A stretch of DNA of 64,000 nt from Patescibacteria group bacterium (GTDB lineage: Bacteria > Patescibacteriota > Minisyncoccia > Phycocordibacterales > UBA2100): the NCBI GenBank assembly GCA_038064835.1, contig JBBTSD010000001.1, forward strand, positions 100,406 to 164,405, read 5' to 3'. Positions 27,368 through 36,543 of the stretch are shown piece after piece. Within the stretch, counting starts at the first letter, position 1. Every line of letters starts with the position of its first letter. Both the position numbers and the translations under genes were made by a program. The notes below the pieces were generated by a model. The model saw only the letters and a program-made list of their open reading frames with translations, ran no database searches and was not told where the DNA came from.

Positions 27368-27544
27368 ACGCTAGGTAGGCCCCGCAAGGCTCGGCCGAGC
27401 CTAGGTCGGCAATGGCAACCCCGTTAGTGTTGCCTCAATGATAGGATTTTTTCGGAGGACCCGGCACATGCACTGGCCGTAGGTACTCAACAACACGAGA
27501 TTGATTATGACGGGACCCGCTAACCATGCGGGTCCCACTTTTTT
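27368..27544 (+). ncRNA. Candidate structured small RNA (family unknown)
   Basis: Promoter, several hairpins, no ORF longer than 9 codons from ATG, terminator GGGACCCGC-loop-GCGGGTCCC-ACTTTTTT. Confidence 0.4.
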
Positions 27545-27698
27545 GCCCCAACATGGGGCCTGCTCAGATGGATGCAGTTCTAGGCGCGCAAGAAACAGAC
27601 GACGAGGCGTACTGAGGTAGTACGACAAGGAGTATGTTTTGAAGCGCAACGAAGAAATGCGCCATGTGTGCAGGCCCCGCATCTGGTATTATGCCTGC

Positions 27699-28286
27699 AT
27701 GAAGCATGAGCCAAAAAGAGTGGTGGTCATTGCTGGTCCGTCAGGGTCCGGCGAAAGCACTTTCACGGAAGAGCTTATGCTTGCATACCCGAATTTTACT
27801 CGCACAGTTTCCGCAACCACACGGGCTCCCCGCGGAAACGAGAAGGATGGCGTGGACTATTATTTTATGACCAAGGAGAAGTTTTTTGAAGAAGTGCAAA
27901 ATGGCAACATCCCCGAGCATGTGCTCGTGCGGGCACGCGACGCCTACTACGGTACTTATTTGCCCGACCTCACCAGGCGATTGGCATCAGGAAAAACAGT
28001 TGTTGCCAACACCGATTTGTCTGGAGCGGAGTATTACAAAAAAAACTACAATGCGGTGACCGTTTTCATAAAACCAAAATCAATTTTTTCTCTGTACAAT
28101 CGTTTGGTGCATCGCGACCCCACTATGCCCAAGGAAGAAGTGCTTACCCGCGTCATGAGCGCTGTCCAAGAAATACTTGAGGCTGAAAGCAACTATGATC
28201 ATGTGGTATTTACAGGGGACAATGAATTTGCAGAAACCCTCATTCACATTGTCGATAAACTGAAGCATGAAGGGTATGTCGTTTAG
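27699..28286 (+). CDS. Guanylate kinase-like protein with a degenerate P-loop (GPSGSGEST)
   Basis: SATTRAPRGNEKDGVDYYF, YYGT; P-loop Lys replaced by Glu. Confidence 0.85.
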   Translation: MKHEPKRVVVIAGPSGSGESTFTEELMLAYPNFTRTVSATTRAPRGNEKDGVDYYFMTKEKFFEEVQNGNIPEHVLVRARDAYYGTYLPDLTRRLASGKTVVANTDLSGAEYYKKNYNAVTVFIKPKSIFSLYNRLVHRDPTMPKEEVLTRVMSAVQEILEAESNYDHVVFTGDNEFAETLIHIVDKLKHEGYVV

Positions 28287-28881
28287 TCACCATGTCATCC
28301 GTCCTGGGGTGGTTATCGTTGCAGGTCCTACGGGGGTGGGTAAGGACAGTATTGTCCGAGAAATTATCGCACAATGCGAGGGGTGTGTAGAACTAATCAC
28401 TGCCACGACCAGAAAGCGTCGCGAAAATGAAGGGCAGGGCGAATATCATTTTTTTACAAACGAGGTATTTGACAAGGCACTCGCCTCTGGTGAAATACCC
28501 GAACACTGGACACATCCAAGCGGTGCCCGTTACGGCACCTACTTGCCCTATCTCACGGAACAACTTGGAAAAGGGAAGGTGATTATAGGGGATATGAATA
28601 TTGTGGGGGCACGGTACATGAAGGAGAATCACCGCGCGCTGACACTATTTATTCTCCCTCCGGACTTCTCGGTGCTACGAGAACGAATAATCAAACGAGG
28701 GCGTCATGATCTTTCGGAAAAAGAGATAGATGCGCGACTTCGGCTTGCGCAGCAAGAGATTGCCGAGCACTCGCCTTGGTACGATTATCGTGTAATAAAC
28801 AGAGAAAACCAGCTCGATACTGCAGTGCAAGAAGTCCTTGAGATTCTGACAAAAGAAGGCTATTGTGTCAGTGATGTCTGA
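28276..28881 (+). CDS. gmk: Guanylate kinase
   Basis: GPTGVGKDS, TATTRKRRENE..EYHF, YGT, FILPP. Confidence 0.85.
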   Translation: MSFSHHVIRPGVVIVAGPTGVGKDSIVREIIAQCEGCVELITATTRKRRENEGQGEYHFFTNEVFDKALASGEIPEHWTHPSGARYGTYLPYLTEQLGKGKVIIGDMNIVGARYMKENHRALTLFILPPDFSVLRERIIKRGRHDLSEKEIDARLRLAQQEIAEHSPWYDYRVINRENQLDTAVQEVLEILTKEGYCVSDV

Positions 28882-29497
28882 AAATAATACTGCGAAAATT
28901 GAACGGCCCATCTCGGTCGTCTTTTTTGGTGTCTCGGGTTCTGGCAAAGGGACTCAAGCCATCCTTCTTGAGGATTACCTTGTGCGAAATACAGGCGAGA
29001 AGGTCTTGCGCCTTGAAATGGGAGAGCGACTACGGGGTTTTGCTGCGGGAAACAGCGATGCAAGCAGACGAGTCAAGGGCGTCATGGAATCGGGAAAATT
29101 GCTACCCGCATTTGTCCCGTCACATATGATGACCACTTTTTTTCTTGGAGAGTTTACCGGGTTTGAACACTTGATATTCGATGGCGTTGCACGGCGCATC
29201 GAGCAATCATCAGTCTTGGATGACGCTCTGGTTTTCTACGATCGGACCGACTACCAGGTGATCTCTCTCGAACTTTCGTTCAATGATGCACATGAGCGGT
29301 TACGACTGCGCGGGCGGTCCGACGAGGCGGACGAGGTGAAAATAAAAAGTCGTTTCGCATGGTACGAAAGCGAAGTACTTCCTGCACTCCATGAGCTCGA
29401 GAAGCGGGGGAGGAAAGTGCATCGTATTGACGCACGACCCGCAATCGAAGTCATTCACAAAAATGTGCTTACTGCATTAGGGTGTGAGATTACATGA
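28874..29497 (+). CDS. adk: Adenylate kinase (short-LID type)
   Basis: GVSGSGKGTQA, FDGVAR, RGRSD; position before map. Confidence 0.85.
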   Translation: MSENNTAKIERPISVVFFGVSGSGKGTQAILLEDYLVRNTGEKVLRLEMGERLRGFAAGNSDASRRVKGVMESGKLLPAFVPSHMMTTFFLGEFTGFEHLIFDGVARRIEQSSVLDDALVFYDRTDYQVISLELSFNDAHERLRLRGRSDEADEVKIKSRFAWYESEVLPALHELEKRGRKVHRIDARPAIEVIHKNVLTALGCEIT

Positions 29498-30261
29498 TTA
29501 TCCGCGCCGATTTTGAACGAGAGGCGTTGCGCAAAGGAGGTGCGCGTTTGGCGACACTTCTGCAAAAGTTGGCAACAATGGTTGCGCCGGAGGTTTCGGT
29601 CATGAGCCTTGAGGCAGAAGCACAGAAACTGATTAAAGAAACGGGCGACACTCCAGCATTTTTAGGGTACCAACCGCACGGCGCAAAGCGGCCCTACCCT
29701 GCCGCGCTTTGCGTCTCGATAAACGACGCTATTGTCCACGGTATTCCAGAAGAAGGGACTGTCATTCAGGATGGTGATGTGGTGACTCTTGACTGTGGCT
29801 TAGTGCATGAAGATTTCATAACCGATTCTGCCGTTACGGTGTATGCAGGCACTGTATCTGAAGAAAAGAAACTGCTCATTCGGGCGACCGAAGAGGCGCT
29901 GGCCGCTGGTATCAATGCCGCACGCACTGGTAATCACATGGGTGACATAGGGTATGCAATCGAACGGGTGGGGAAAAAATATAGTCTCGGCTCACCGCGC
30001 GAACTTGGCGGGCACAGCGTGGGAAACGCAGTCCACGAGGAACCATTTGTACCCAACTTTGGTACTCCGGGGAAAGGCCCCATTCTTGAAGAGGGTATGG
30101 TAATTGCAATCGAGCCAATGTTTATGCTTGGTTCCAGTGGCATACGGCTTGATGCCGATGGCTATACCTATCGAACCCGCGACGGCTCCTGTTCCGCACA
30201 TTCCGAACACACGGTGATTGTTGGTGCACAGGGTGCGGAAGTGCTCACTAAGCGACCGTAA
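29494..30261 (+). CDS. map: Methionine aminopeptidase type I
   Basis: CVSINDAIVHGIP, DSA, GHSVG..VHEEP, AIEPM, AHSEHT. Confidence 0.96.
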   Translation: MIIRADFEREALRKGGARLATLLQKLATMVAPEVSVMSLEAEAQKLIKETGDTPAFLGYQPHGAKRPYPAALCVSINDAIVHGIPEEGTVIQDGDVVTLDCGLVHEDFITDSAVTVYAGTVSEEKKLLIRATEEALAAGINAARTGNHMGDIGYAIERVGKKYSLGSPRELGGHSVGNAVHEEPFVPNFGTPGKGPILEEGMVIAIEPMFMLGSSGIRLDADGYTYRTRDGSCSAHSEHTVIVGAQGAEVLTKRP

Positions 30262-30282
30262 GCGCAGTGTATACTGAGCGAT

Positions 30283-33117
30283 ATGGAGCCGCGTTTTACA
30301 CCTCCCGTTGAAACTTCACCGTATGTGGCGCAACCACAGAAATTTCGTACCCCCGAAGAAGAGATTGCATATCTGCGTTCACGCATTGCCGAGAAAGAAA
30401 AAGAACTTGGTGCAAAGCCCACCCCGTTTGAACATGAGCGAATTGCAAAACGCGAGATTGTACAGTACGGAGAGGAAACCCCAAGCCAGGTATTGCACGA
30501 AACAGTCATTGTTGCCGAGCATGACGCGATGCGACAAGCGCTTCAACTAGAACCTGAAGAGCATGATACTCAGGTAGACGAACTGCTCCAGTTTGTTTCC
30601 GAGCGAGGCGTACGAAATGCTCTATCTGTTGCAGCGAAATTAAACAATGCGCACATCATGGACGACTTGCATCGTGCACTGGTGCGTTACATTGCCGAAG
30701 GTCTTCCTGTGGGTGGAAGTGTGCTCACTAATCCACTCGAATCAGGACAGACATGGCGCGCATTGCATATGACACTGTATGAAGTACAGCCACAAGGAGC
30801 ATTCAAAGAGGAAGATCAACAAAAAGGACTTGAGCAGATGCTTAAGTCGATGGAGCAGTTATATGCAGGGTTGCTAGCTATTTCTAGCGGAAATACTGAG
30901 AGCAAACACAATGTCTTTTCGCTCGAAATTGCTGTGGCCCAAGGGTCAGAGGACGCGGTATTCTACATAGCCGTTCCTAGTAAGAAGAAGGATCTTTTCG
31001 AGCGCCATGTGCTTTCCATTTTCCCGAACGCTCGCCTTATCGAACGGCGTGGAGATTACAATCTCTTTGATCATGACGGCTATCACAGCGCCGCGTATGC
31101 CACACTGGCCGAGCACCCCGCGCTCCCGGTACGGACTTACGAGGAATTTCAACATGACCCGATGAATGTGCTCTTGTCTGCCTTTTCAAAACTCAAAAAA
31201 CACGGCGAAGGTGCAGCACTGCAGATTGTGGTGGGGAACGAAGGTGACCGCTACAACAAATACTACAAAAAGATTCTTGGCGAACTGCACAAAGGAAAAA
31301 AGTTTAAAAAAGCAATTAAAGTAGCGGAGTCCAAAATAGGACAATTGCTGGACGATGCGGCAAAGGGGCTATTTCAGAGCGGAGAGAAGAAACCCGAAGA
31401 AAATCATGGTGAACAAGAAATGACCGAGCGCGTTGGGAAGAAATTAAAATCACGGATCGTACCCGTCAATATACGCATCGTGGCTTCGGCGCAAAATGAA
31501 GGCAGGGCACGGGACATATTGGCAAATTTGGCCTCGACTTTCAATCAATTCGAAGATCCCCAAGGCAATCACATTCTTTTTAAAGAAGCGTCTCGATGGA
31601 CTTTGCAGGGTGTTTTGCATAACTTTGTGATGCGTATTCCCGAGCACTCCCGAGCACTCCCGCTGAATTTTTCGGAGCTGACCACTCTGTACCACCTGAC
31701 CGCTGAAGGGGTGCGCACTAGTCGCGAACTCAAGCAGTCGCGAGCAAAGCAGTCGCCCGCACCTACTGATATGCCGGAAGAAGGAATTGTGCTCGGCTTC
31801 AACGACTTTGGCGGCGAGAAAAAAGACATCTACTTCAGCAAAGAAGATCGCCTGCGCCATCTGTATGTCATCGGGCAAACAGGTACCGGTAAGACCAACA
31901 TCCTTAAGAACATGATCATCCAAGATATTAAGAATGGCGAAGGTGTGTGCTTTATTGATCCACACGGCTCTGATATCCAGGATATTATTGCGTCGGTCCC
32001 ACCCGAGCGCGAGAAAGACCTCATCTACTTTGACCCAGGGCATTACGAGCGACCCATGGGACTCAACATGCTTGAGTACGATCCAAAATATCCGGAGCAA
32101 AAAACTTTCCTTGTAGACGAGATGCTCGGAATTTTCCGGAAGCTATACAAGGATGTCCCCGAATCTGTCGGCCCCGCATTCGAACAGTACTTCCGCAACT
32201 CCGCACTCTTAGTGATGGAAGATCCATCCACAGGAAATACGATGGTGGATATTACGCGTGTTTTCGCAAACGAACAATTCAGAAATCTTAAAATATCGCG
32301 ATGCCCCAATCCGCTCGTGGTGCAATTCTGGCGTGACATCGCCACGAAAACGCAAGGTGAACAATCCCTTGAAAACTTCGCGCAGTATGTAACCAATAAA
32401 TTTGACATCTTTCTAGCGAACGAAATTATGCGACCGATTGTTGGACAGGAGAAGTCAGCCTTTGACTTCCGAGACATTATGGACAACCGCAAGATATTGC
32501 TCATCAATCTCGCGAAGGGTCGTCTCGGCGAGATGAACTCATCACTCCTCGGGCTCATCTTTGTGGGCAAGTTTCTTAACGCAGCACTCTCGCGTGTAGA
32601 TTTGGTCGGTCGGGCAGATATGCACCCGTTTTATATGTATATTGACGAGTTCCAAAACTTCACCACGCCATCAATCGCTACAATCCTTTCCGAGGCGCGC
32701 AAATACCGACTGGTGCTCAATGTGGCACACCAATTCATTGATCAGCTGACCGAAGACATTCGCGACTCTATTTTCGGCAATGTGGGCACAAAATGTGTGT
32801 TTCGTGTAGGCGAGAAAGATTCCGAGTTTTTGGAAAAGATGTTCCAGCCAGAGTTTAAGGCAACCGACATCATGCACCTTAACAACTTCAACGGATATAT
32901 GTCGCTTTTGGTGAAGGGGAAGCCGGTGAAGCCATTTAACATAGAAACCTACCCGCCTCCAAAAACTGATTTTGGCCGTGTGGACACATTGAAACATATG
33001 TCGTACGAGAAATTCGGTCGGCCGCGCGAAGAGGTCGAAGCCGAAATCAAGGCGCGATATACGACGAAGCCATTACCGATCGGCAATCTGGGGGCTGAAT
33101 CCTACGGTTCATTTTAG
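30283..33117 (+). CDS. VirD4/TraG/HerA-like P-loop ATPase with long N-terminal region
   Basis: RLRHLYVIGQTGTGKT, IDPHG, YIDEFQNF, LSEARKY, AHQ. Confidence 0.88.
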   Translation: MEPRFTPPVETSPYVAQPQKFRTPEEEIAYLRSRIAEKEKELGAKPTPFEHERIAKREIVQYGEETPSQVLHETVIVAEHDAMRQALQLEPEEHDTQVDELLQFVSERGVRNALSVAAKLNNAHIMDDLHRALVRYIAEGLPVGGSVLTNPLESGQTWRALHMTLYEVQPQGAFKEEDQQKGLEQMLKSMEQLYAGLLAISSGNTESKHNVFSLEIAVAQGSEDAVFYIAVPSKKKDLFERHVLSIFPNARLIERRGDYNLFDHDGYHSAAYATLAEHPALPVRTYEEFQHDPMNVLLSAFSKLKKHGEGAALQIVVGNEGDRYNKYYKKILGELHKGKKFKKAIKVAESKIGQLLDDAAKGLFQSGEKKPEENHGEQEMTERVGKKLKSRIVPVNIRIVASAQNEGRARDILANLASTFNQFEDPQGNHILFKEASRWTLQGVLHNFVMRIPEHSRALPLNFSELTTLYHLTAEGVRTSRELKQSRAKQSPAPTDMPEEGIVLGFNDFGGEKKDIYFSKEDRLRHLYVIGQTGTGKTNILKNMIIQDIKNGEGVCFIDPHGSDIQDIIASVPPEREKDLIYFDPGHYERPMGLNMLEYDPKYPEQKTFLVDEMLGIFRKLYKDVPESVGPAFEQYFRNSALLVMEDPSTGNTMVDITRVFANEQFRNLKISRCPNPLVVQFWRDIATKTQGEQSLENFAQYVTNKFDIFLANEIMRPIVGQEKSAFDFRDIMDNRKILLINLAKGRLGEMNSSLLGLIFVGKFLNAALSRVDLVGRADMHPFYMYIDEFQNFTTPSIATILSEARKYRLVLNVAHQFIDQLTEDIRDSIFGNVGTKCVFRVGEKDSEFLEKMFQPEFKATDIMHLNNFNGYMSLLVKGKPVKPFNIETYPPPKTDFGRVDTLKHMSYEKFGRPREEVEAEIKARYTTKPLPIGNLGAESYGSF

Positions 33118-33155
33118 GTTGCTCAGAGTCCTGTTTTTGTGTACAGTGCTCCTCT

Positions 33156-33746
33156 ATGGCACACCCAATAAAAGAGGAAAAGACTTTTGTATTAGTAAAG
33201 CCCGATGGCGTGCGGAAAGGACTTATCGGTGAGATTATCCGTCGTTTCGAACAACGCGACCTCAAAATTGTCGCCCTTGAAATGTTTCAGCCGACAAAAC
33301 AAATGATCGATGATCACTATCCAAAGGATCAGGCTTGGATTACTCGCGTAGGTGAGAAGACTCTCGCGACCTACGAAAAGTACCACATGGACCCTATCAA
33401 GGAACTGGGTTCGAAAGATCCGCTCAAGCTCGGGAAGATGGTGCGCGGTTGGCTCGTTGACTACATGATTTCTGCGCCGTTAGTGCGCATGGTAGTGCAG
33501 GGCGTGCATGCGGTAGACATGGTACGCAAAATCGCAGGCCCTACGATGCCGTACATCGCTGATATGGGCACTATTCGCGGCGATTTCTCGATGGACTCTC
33601 CGGCAGTGGCAAATGCCGAGAAGCGTCCAGTGATGAATATTCTCCATGCATCAGAGACCGCAGACGAAGCGGCTCACGAGATTAAGCATTGGTTTGGCAA
33701 GAAGCCTCCTGTGTATAACTACAAACGACACGGAGTGGATGAATAG
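33156..33746 (+). CDS. ndk: Nucleoside-diphosphate kinase
   Basis: TFVLVKPDGV, GTIRGDF, NILHASE. Confidence 0.95.
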   Translation: MAHPIKEEKTFVLVKPDGVRKGLIGEIIRRFEQRDLKIVALEMFQPTKQMIDDHYPKDQAWITRVGEKTLATYEKYHMDPIKELGSKDPLKLGKMVRGWLVDYMISAPLVRMVVQGVHAVDMVRKIAGPTMPYIADMGTIRGDFSMDSPAVANAEKRPVMNILHASETADEAAHEIKHWFGKKPPVYNYKRHGVDE

Positions 33747-33776
33747 GTTCTGTTATACTGGTGCTCCAGTAATCCA

Positions 33777-34643
33777 ATGATTCTCGAGAAAAGACCACGC
33801 GATTCCGATGACCCCTCCCAAGGACACAAGGGTTCTCCTCTGACAAATGGACACGAGCATACTTCGGGCATCACCGTCGAGGTCATCACCGATTCTGAAA
33901 CAATAATCAATGAGGAGGTGTTGCGTGTGCGTTGGTATCTCGATGACTGGAAAAGGTATAAGGCGTTAGGCTACGATAGCGTTATTCGCTTGCCTGGCGG
34001 CATTGATCCGGAGCGAGATGAAGGTGTGATTAGTGATGAGGACATCAGGAATGCTGTTGCCGCTGATTTTGCAACAAACCATACCTTCTACGAGACATTT
34101 TCTCGGCGCTTTGAACAGGCCTGGCACACTATTACAGATGTGGTGTTGCCGGTGGCACATACGGTGTATGGTTTTTCCCCTTCAGGTCATTTCAAGGTTA
34201 TGGGCACAGCATATGGGACAGGTGGAGGAGCATTACAGACGGGAGGTGTTGTTTTCTTCAAGCTTCCTGAGTATCGTCTCACCCCCGTGCGGCGTACAGA
34301 TATAGAGGGTGTTGTGCACGAGGTTCTTAACCATGAAGCTACGGCGGGGTTGCGGAAAGATACAGGTATGGAGGATTCTATACACGCGAAGCACCACTGG
34401 CACAAAGAGCGGCTCATGGATCTTTTAGGCAGAACACTTTTGGTGCGCGCCGGTATTATGATGCGCAGTGATGTAGTCATGGATGACTACGCTGAAGAGC
34501 AAGCTGGCGACTTGGTCGATAGGCTTTATTACGCTCACCCAGATACTCCTTCAGAGGACGATTTGTTATACGAGGGGCGTCTCGGAGAGCTCGTTCAAGC
34601 TATAGATGATGGTTTGCGTCTCACGGTCGCTCCTCCCGCATAA
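33777..34643 (+). CDS. Hypothetical protein, possible zincin-like motif
   Basis: 288-aa ORF; VVHEVLNHE and HKE motifs. Confidence 0.6.
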   Translation: MILEKRPRDSDDPSQGHKGSPLTNGHEHTSGITVEVITDSETIINEEVLRVRWYLDDWKRYKALGYDSVIRLPGGIDPERDEGVISDEDIRNAVAADFATNHTFYETFSRRFEQAWHTITDVVLPVAHTVYGFSPSGHFKVMGTAYGTGGGALQTGGVVFFKLPEYRLTPVRRTDIEGVVHEVLNHEATAGLRKDTGMEDSIHAKHHWHKERLMDLLGRTLLVRAGIMMRSDVVMDDYAEEQAGDLVDRLYYAHPDTPSEDDLLYEGRLGELVQAIDDGLRLTVAPPA

Positions 34644-34766
34644 CAGACCCCTGTTGACTAGTCCTCAAGGGAATATTCCAACAAGTTGTGCACAGGTGCG
34701 GACGGGCAGGGGGTGCGAGCAGAAAGTGCAATAGACTCAGCTCTTGTTTCGAGCTACGATACTCGA

Positions 34767-35180
34767 ATGAACGAAATGGATACTAAAACAATGGTGGATG
34801 CAGTGCGTCCGATTGCGGAGCGAGCGGGCCTTTCACTGGTCGTGCTTTTTGGCTCGTACGCAACAGGACGGGAGCATGCGCAGAGCGATACCGACATCGC
34901 TGTACTTGCTGAGAGGACTTTTTCACCCAGTGAGCTCGCGACGCTCGCGTACGAACTTTCACAGAATCTCAAGAATTCCTCCATAGACATCTCCGATCTA
35001 CGCACGGGGTCGCCACTTCTGCTGCGTACCGTCGCGCATGATGGAATCGTTTTGTTTGAAAGAGAGCCTCATGCGTTTGCCCTCTTTCAGATGTACGCAT
35101 TCAAGCGTTTTGTGGAAGCGAAACCTCTGAGAGATTTGCGTAGGGCATCGCTCGAACAATTTGTTGCACCAACACTATGA
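34767..35180 (+). CDS. mntA: Minimal nucleotidyltransferase antitoxin (MntA-like)
   Basis: LFGSYATG..SDTDIAV motif; overlaps the HEPN gene. Confidence 0.88.
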   Translation: MNEMDTKTMVDAVRPIAERAGLSLVVLFGSYATGREHAQSDTDIAVLAERTFSPSELATLAYELSQNLKNSSIDISDLRTGSPLLLRTVAHDGIVLFEREPHAFALFQMYAFKRFVEAKPLRDLRRASLEQFVAPTL

Positions 35181-35599
35181 TGGACATCGCCATTCTCGAA
35201 AGCAAGCTTGCCGACCTTCAGGCGTTTTACAAAGAAATCGTCGTCATAGTATCGGAAGACTCTCTCGACATTATTGCCGACTCACTCAAGCTCCACAGTG
35301 TCGAGAGACTTTTCCAGCTCATTGTCGATACGGCTATTGATATAAACACACATATCATAAGCACCTCAAATGGGGCGGTACCTGATGACTACCAAAGTAC
35401 ATTTATGGTACTTGCCGAAAGAAACATTCTTCCAAAAGAGTTTGCACTACGAATCGCACCATCAGTCGGATTACGAAATCTCGTGGTGCATCGTTACGGA
35501 AAAGTGGACATAAAACGCATGATCGAAGACATCAAAAAGGAGATTGGGCAGTACCAGGAGTATGCAAGGTACATCGTTTCTCATCTTCACCGAGAGTAG
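35177..35599 (+). CDS. hepT: HEPN-domain RNase toxin (HepT-like, DUF86)
   Basis: RX4HXY motif RNLVVHRY; ERLFQLIVD. Confidence 0.88.
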   Translation: MMDIAILESKLADLQAFYKEIVVIVSEDSLDIIADSLKLHSVERLFQLIVDTAIDINTHIISTSNGAVPDDYQSTFMVLAERNILPKEFALRIAPSVGLRNLVVHRYGKVDIKRMIEDIKKEIGQYQEYARYIVSHLHRE

Positions 35600-35620
35600 C
35601 TACTCACAGGGTTTATCAAG

Positions 35621-35705
35621 AGGCCACCAGAAGTAAGGTTTCTGGAGTGCACTCCAAGGCCGTTAGGCCGGTCTTACACTCCAGAAACCTTACTTCTGGT
35701 GGCCT
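35621..35705. repeat. 29-bp-arm perfect inverted repeat
   Basis: AGGCCACCAGAAGTAAGGTTTCTGGAGTG ... CACTCCAGAAACCTTACTTCTGGTGGCCT. Confidence 0.85.
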
Positions 35706-35815
35706 TTACTCAGTGGTGAGAGGGGTTTCCGCCGAGAATCTTGACGCCCCAGTCTCTTGTTTTCCAGCCTGTTGTGCACAGGTGCAGACGGGCAGAAAGT
35801 GCTACCATTTTTACA

Positions 35816-35930
35816 GGTGAGGGCATTGAACCTGCTTGGCGATTATAGGGAGCTCCAAGGAAGATGCATGCCGTGGTATGCACCCCGGGCACCCACCTGT
35901 CACAAAGATCAGGCGTCACTATGCTCCACC
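35816..35930 (+). ncRNA. ssrS: Probable 6S RNA (compact)
   Basis: TTGAACC, GGGAGC and GGGCACCCACCTG motifs as in Firmicute-type 6S RNAs; terminal pairing GGTGAGGGCAT/ATGCTCCACC; terminator directly downstream. Confidence 0.65.
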
Positions 35931-35935
35931 TCGAG

Positions 35936-35986
35936 AGGGCCCCACTCTGTGCGCGAGTATCGCGAGCAGGGTGGGGCCCTTTCCTT
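35936..35986 (+). terminator. Terminator hairpin after 6S RNA
   Basis: AGGGCCCCACTCTG...CAGGGTGGGGCCCT-TTCCTT. Confidence 0.7.
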
Positions 35987-36069
35987 TATCTACACCCACC
36001 TTGGCTCTTCCACATGTTCCTGTTAGGGTGTGATTAGACAAAGTGCTTCTTGGCACATAGGATGGGAAG

Positions 36070-36543
36070 ATGACGAAGCGATTGTTTTTCGCCGGTACGA
36101 GTATACTTGTGCTTACGCTCGCGGTGCATCTCTATGCCCAGACAGGCAAGCTTTACTGGCAGGTATGGTGGCTCGATATACCCATGCATTATTTCGGAGG
36201 CATCGGGGCGGGATTCTTTGGGCTCTGGTTCGCGTCTCTCTTGGGTGTTCTTCCGCGCACGGGCGATGCCTCTAGTACGCTCTGGGGTGTTGAGATTCGA
36301 TTTCCACAAGGTGTGCCACGGTGGTGGTCTTTACTGTGGACACTGATTGCGGTTGCAATCATCGGCATCGGGTGGGAGATGCTCGAAGTATTTCTCCTGG
36401 CCTATTTCGATAAACCTATCCCTTTTGGCTACATTGAAGACACACTGAAAGATCTTGTTATGGATACTCTTGGTGCAACTACTGCCTGGGCGGCTTTTCA
36501 TCGTGTACAATGGCAGGCATGGTTGTTGCGGGAGGCACACTAA
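36070..36543 (+). CDS. Small membrane protein with conserved H/E/D residues in its TM segments
   Basis: WLDIPMHYFGG, WEMLE, DTLKDLVMD. Confidence 0.75.
   Translation: MTKRLFFAGTSILVLTLAVHLYAQTGKLYWQVWWLDIPMHYFGGIGAGFFGLWFASLLGVLPRTGDASSTLWGVEIRFPQGVPRWWSLLWTLIAVAIIGIGWEMLEVFLLAYFDKPIPFGYIEDTLKDLVMDTLGATTAWAAFHRVQWQAWLLREAH

Larger units (their letters stand above)
34685..35795. mobile_element. Toxin-antitoxin cassette bounded by 25-bp direct repeats
   Basis: GTTGTGCACAGGTGCGGACGGGCAG (34685-34709) vs GTTGTGCACAGGTGCAGACGGGCAG (35771-35795). Confidence 0.55.

Noticed and set aside
34685-34709. Superficial resemblance to 16S rRNA 1390-region words (GACGGGC, GTGCACA)
   Set aside because: The order and flanks do not match rRNA; no rRNA gene in the window.
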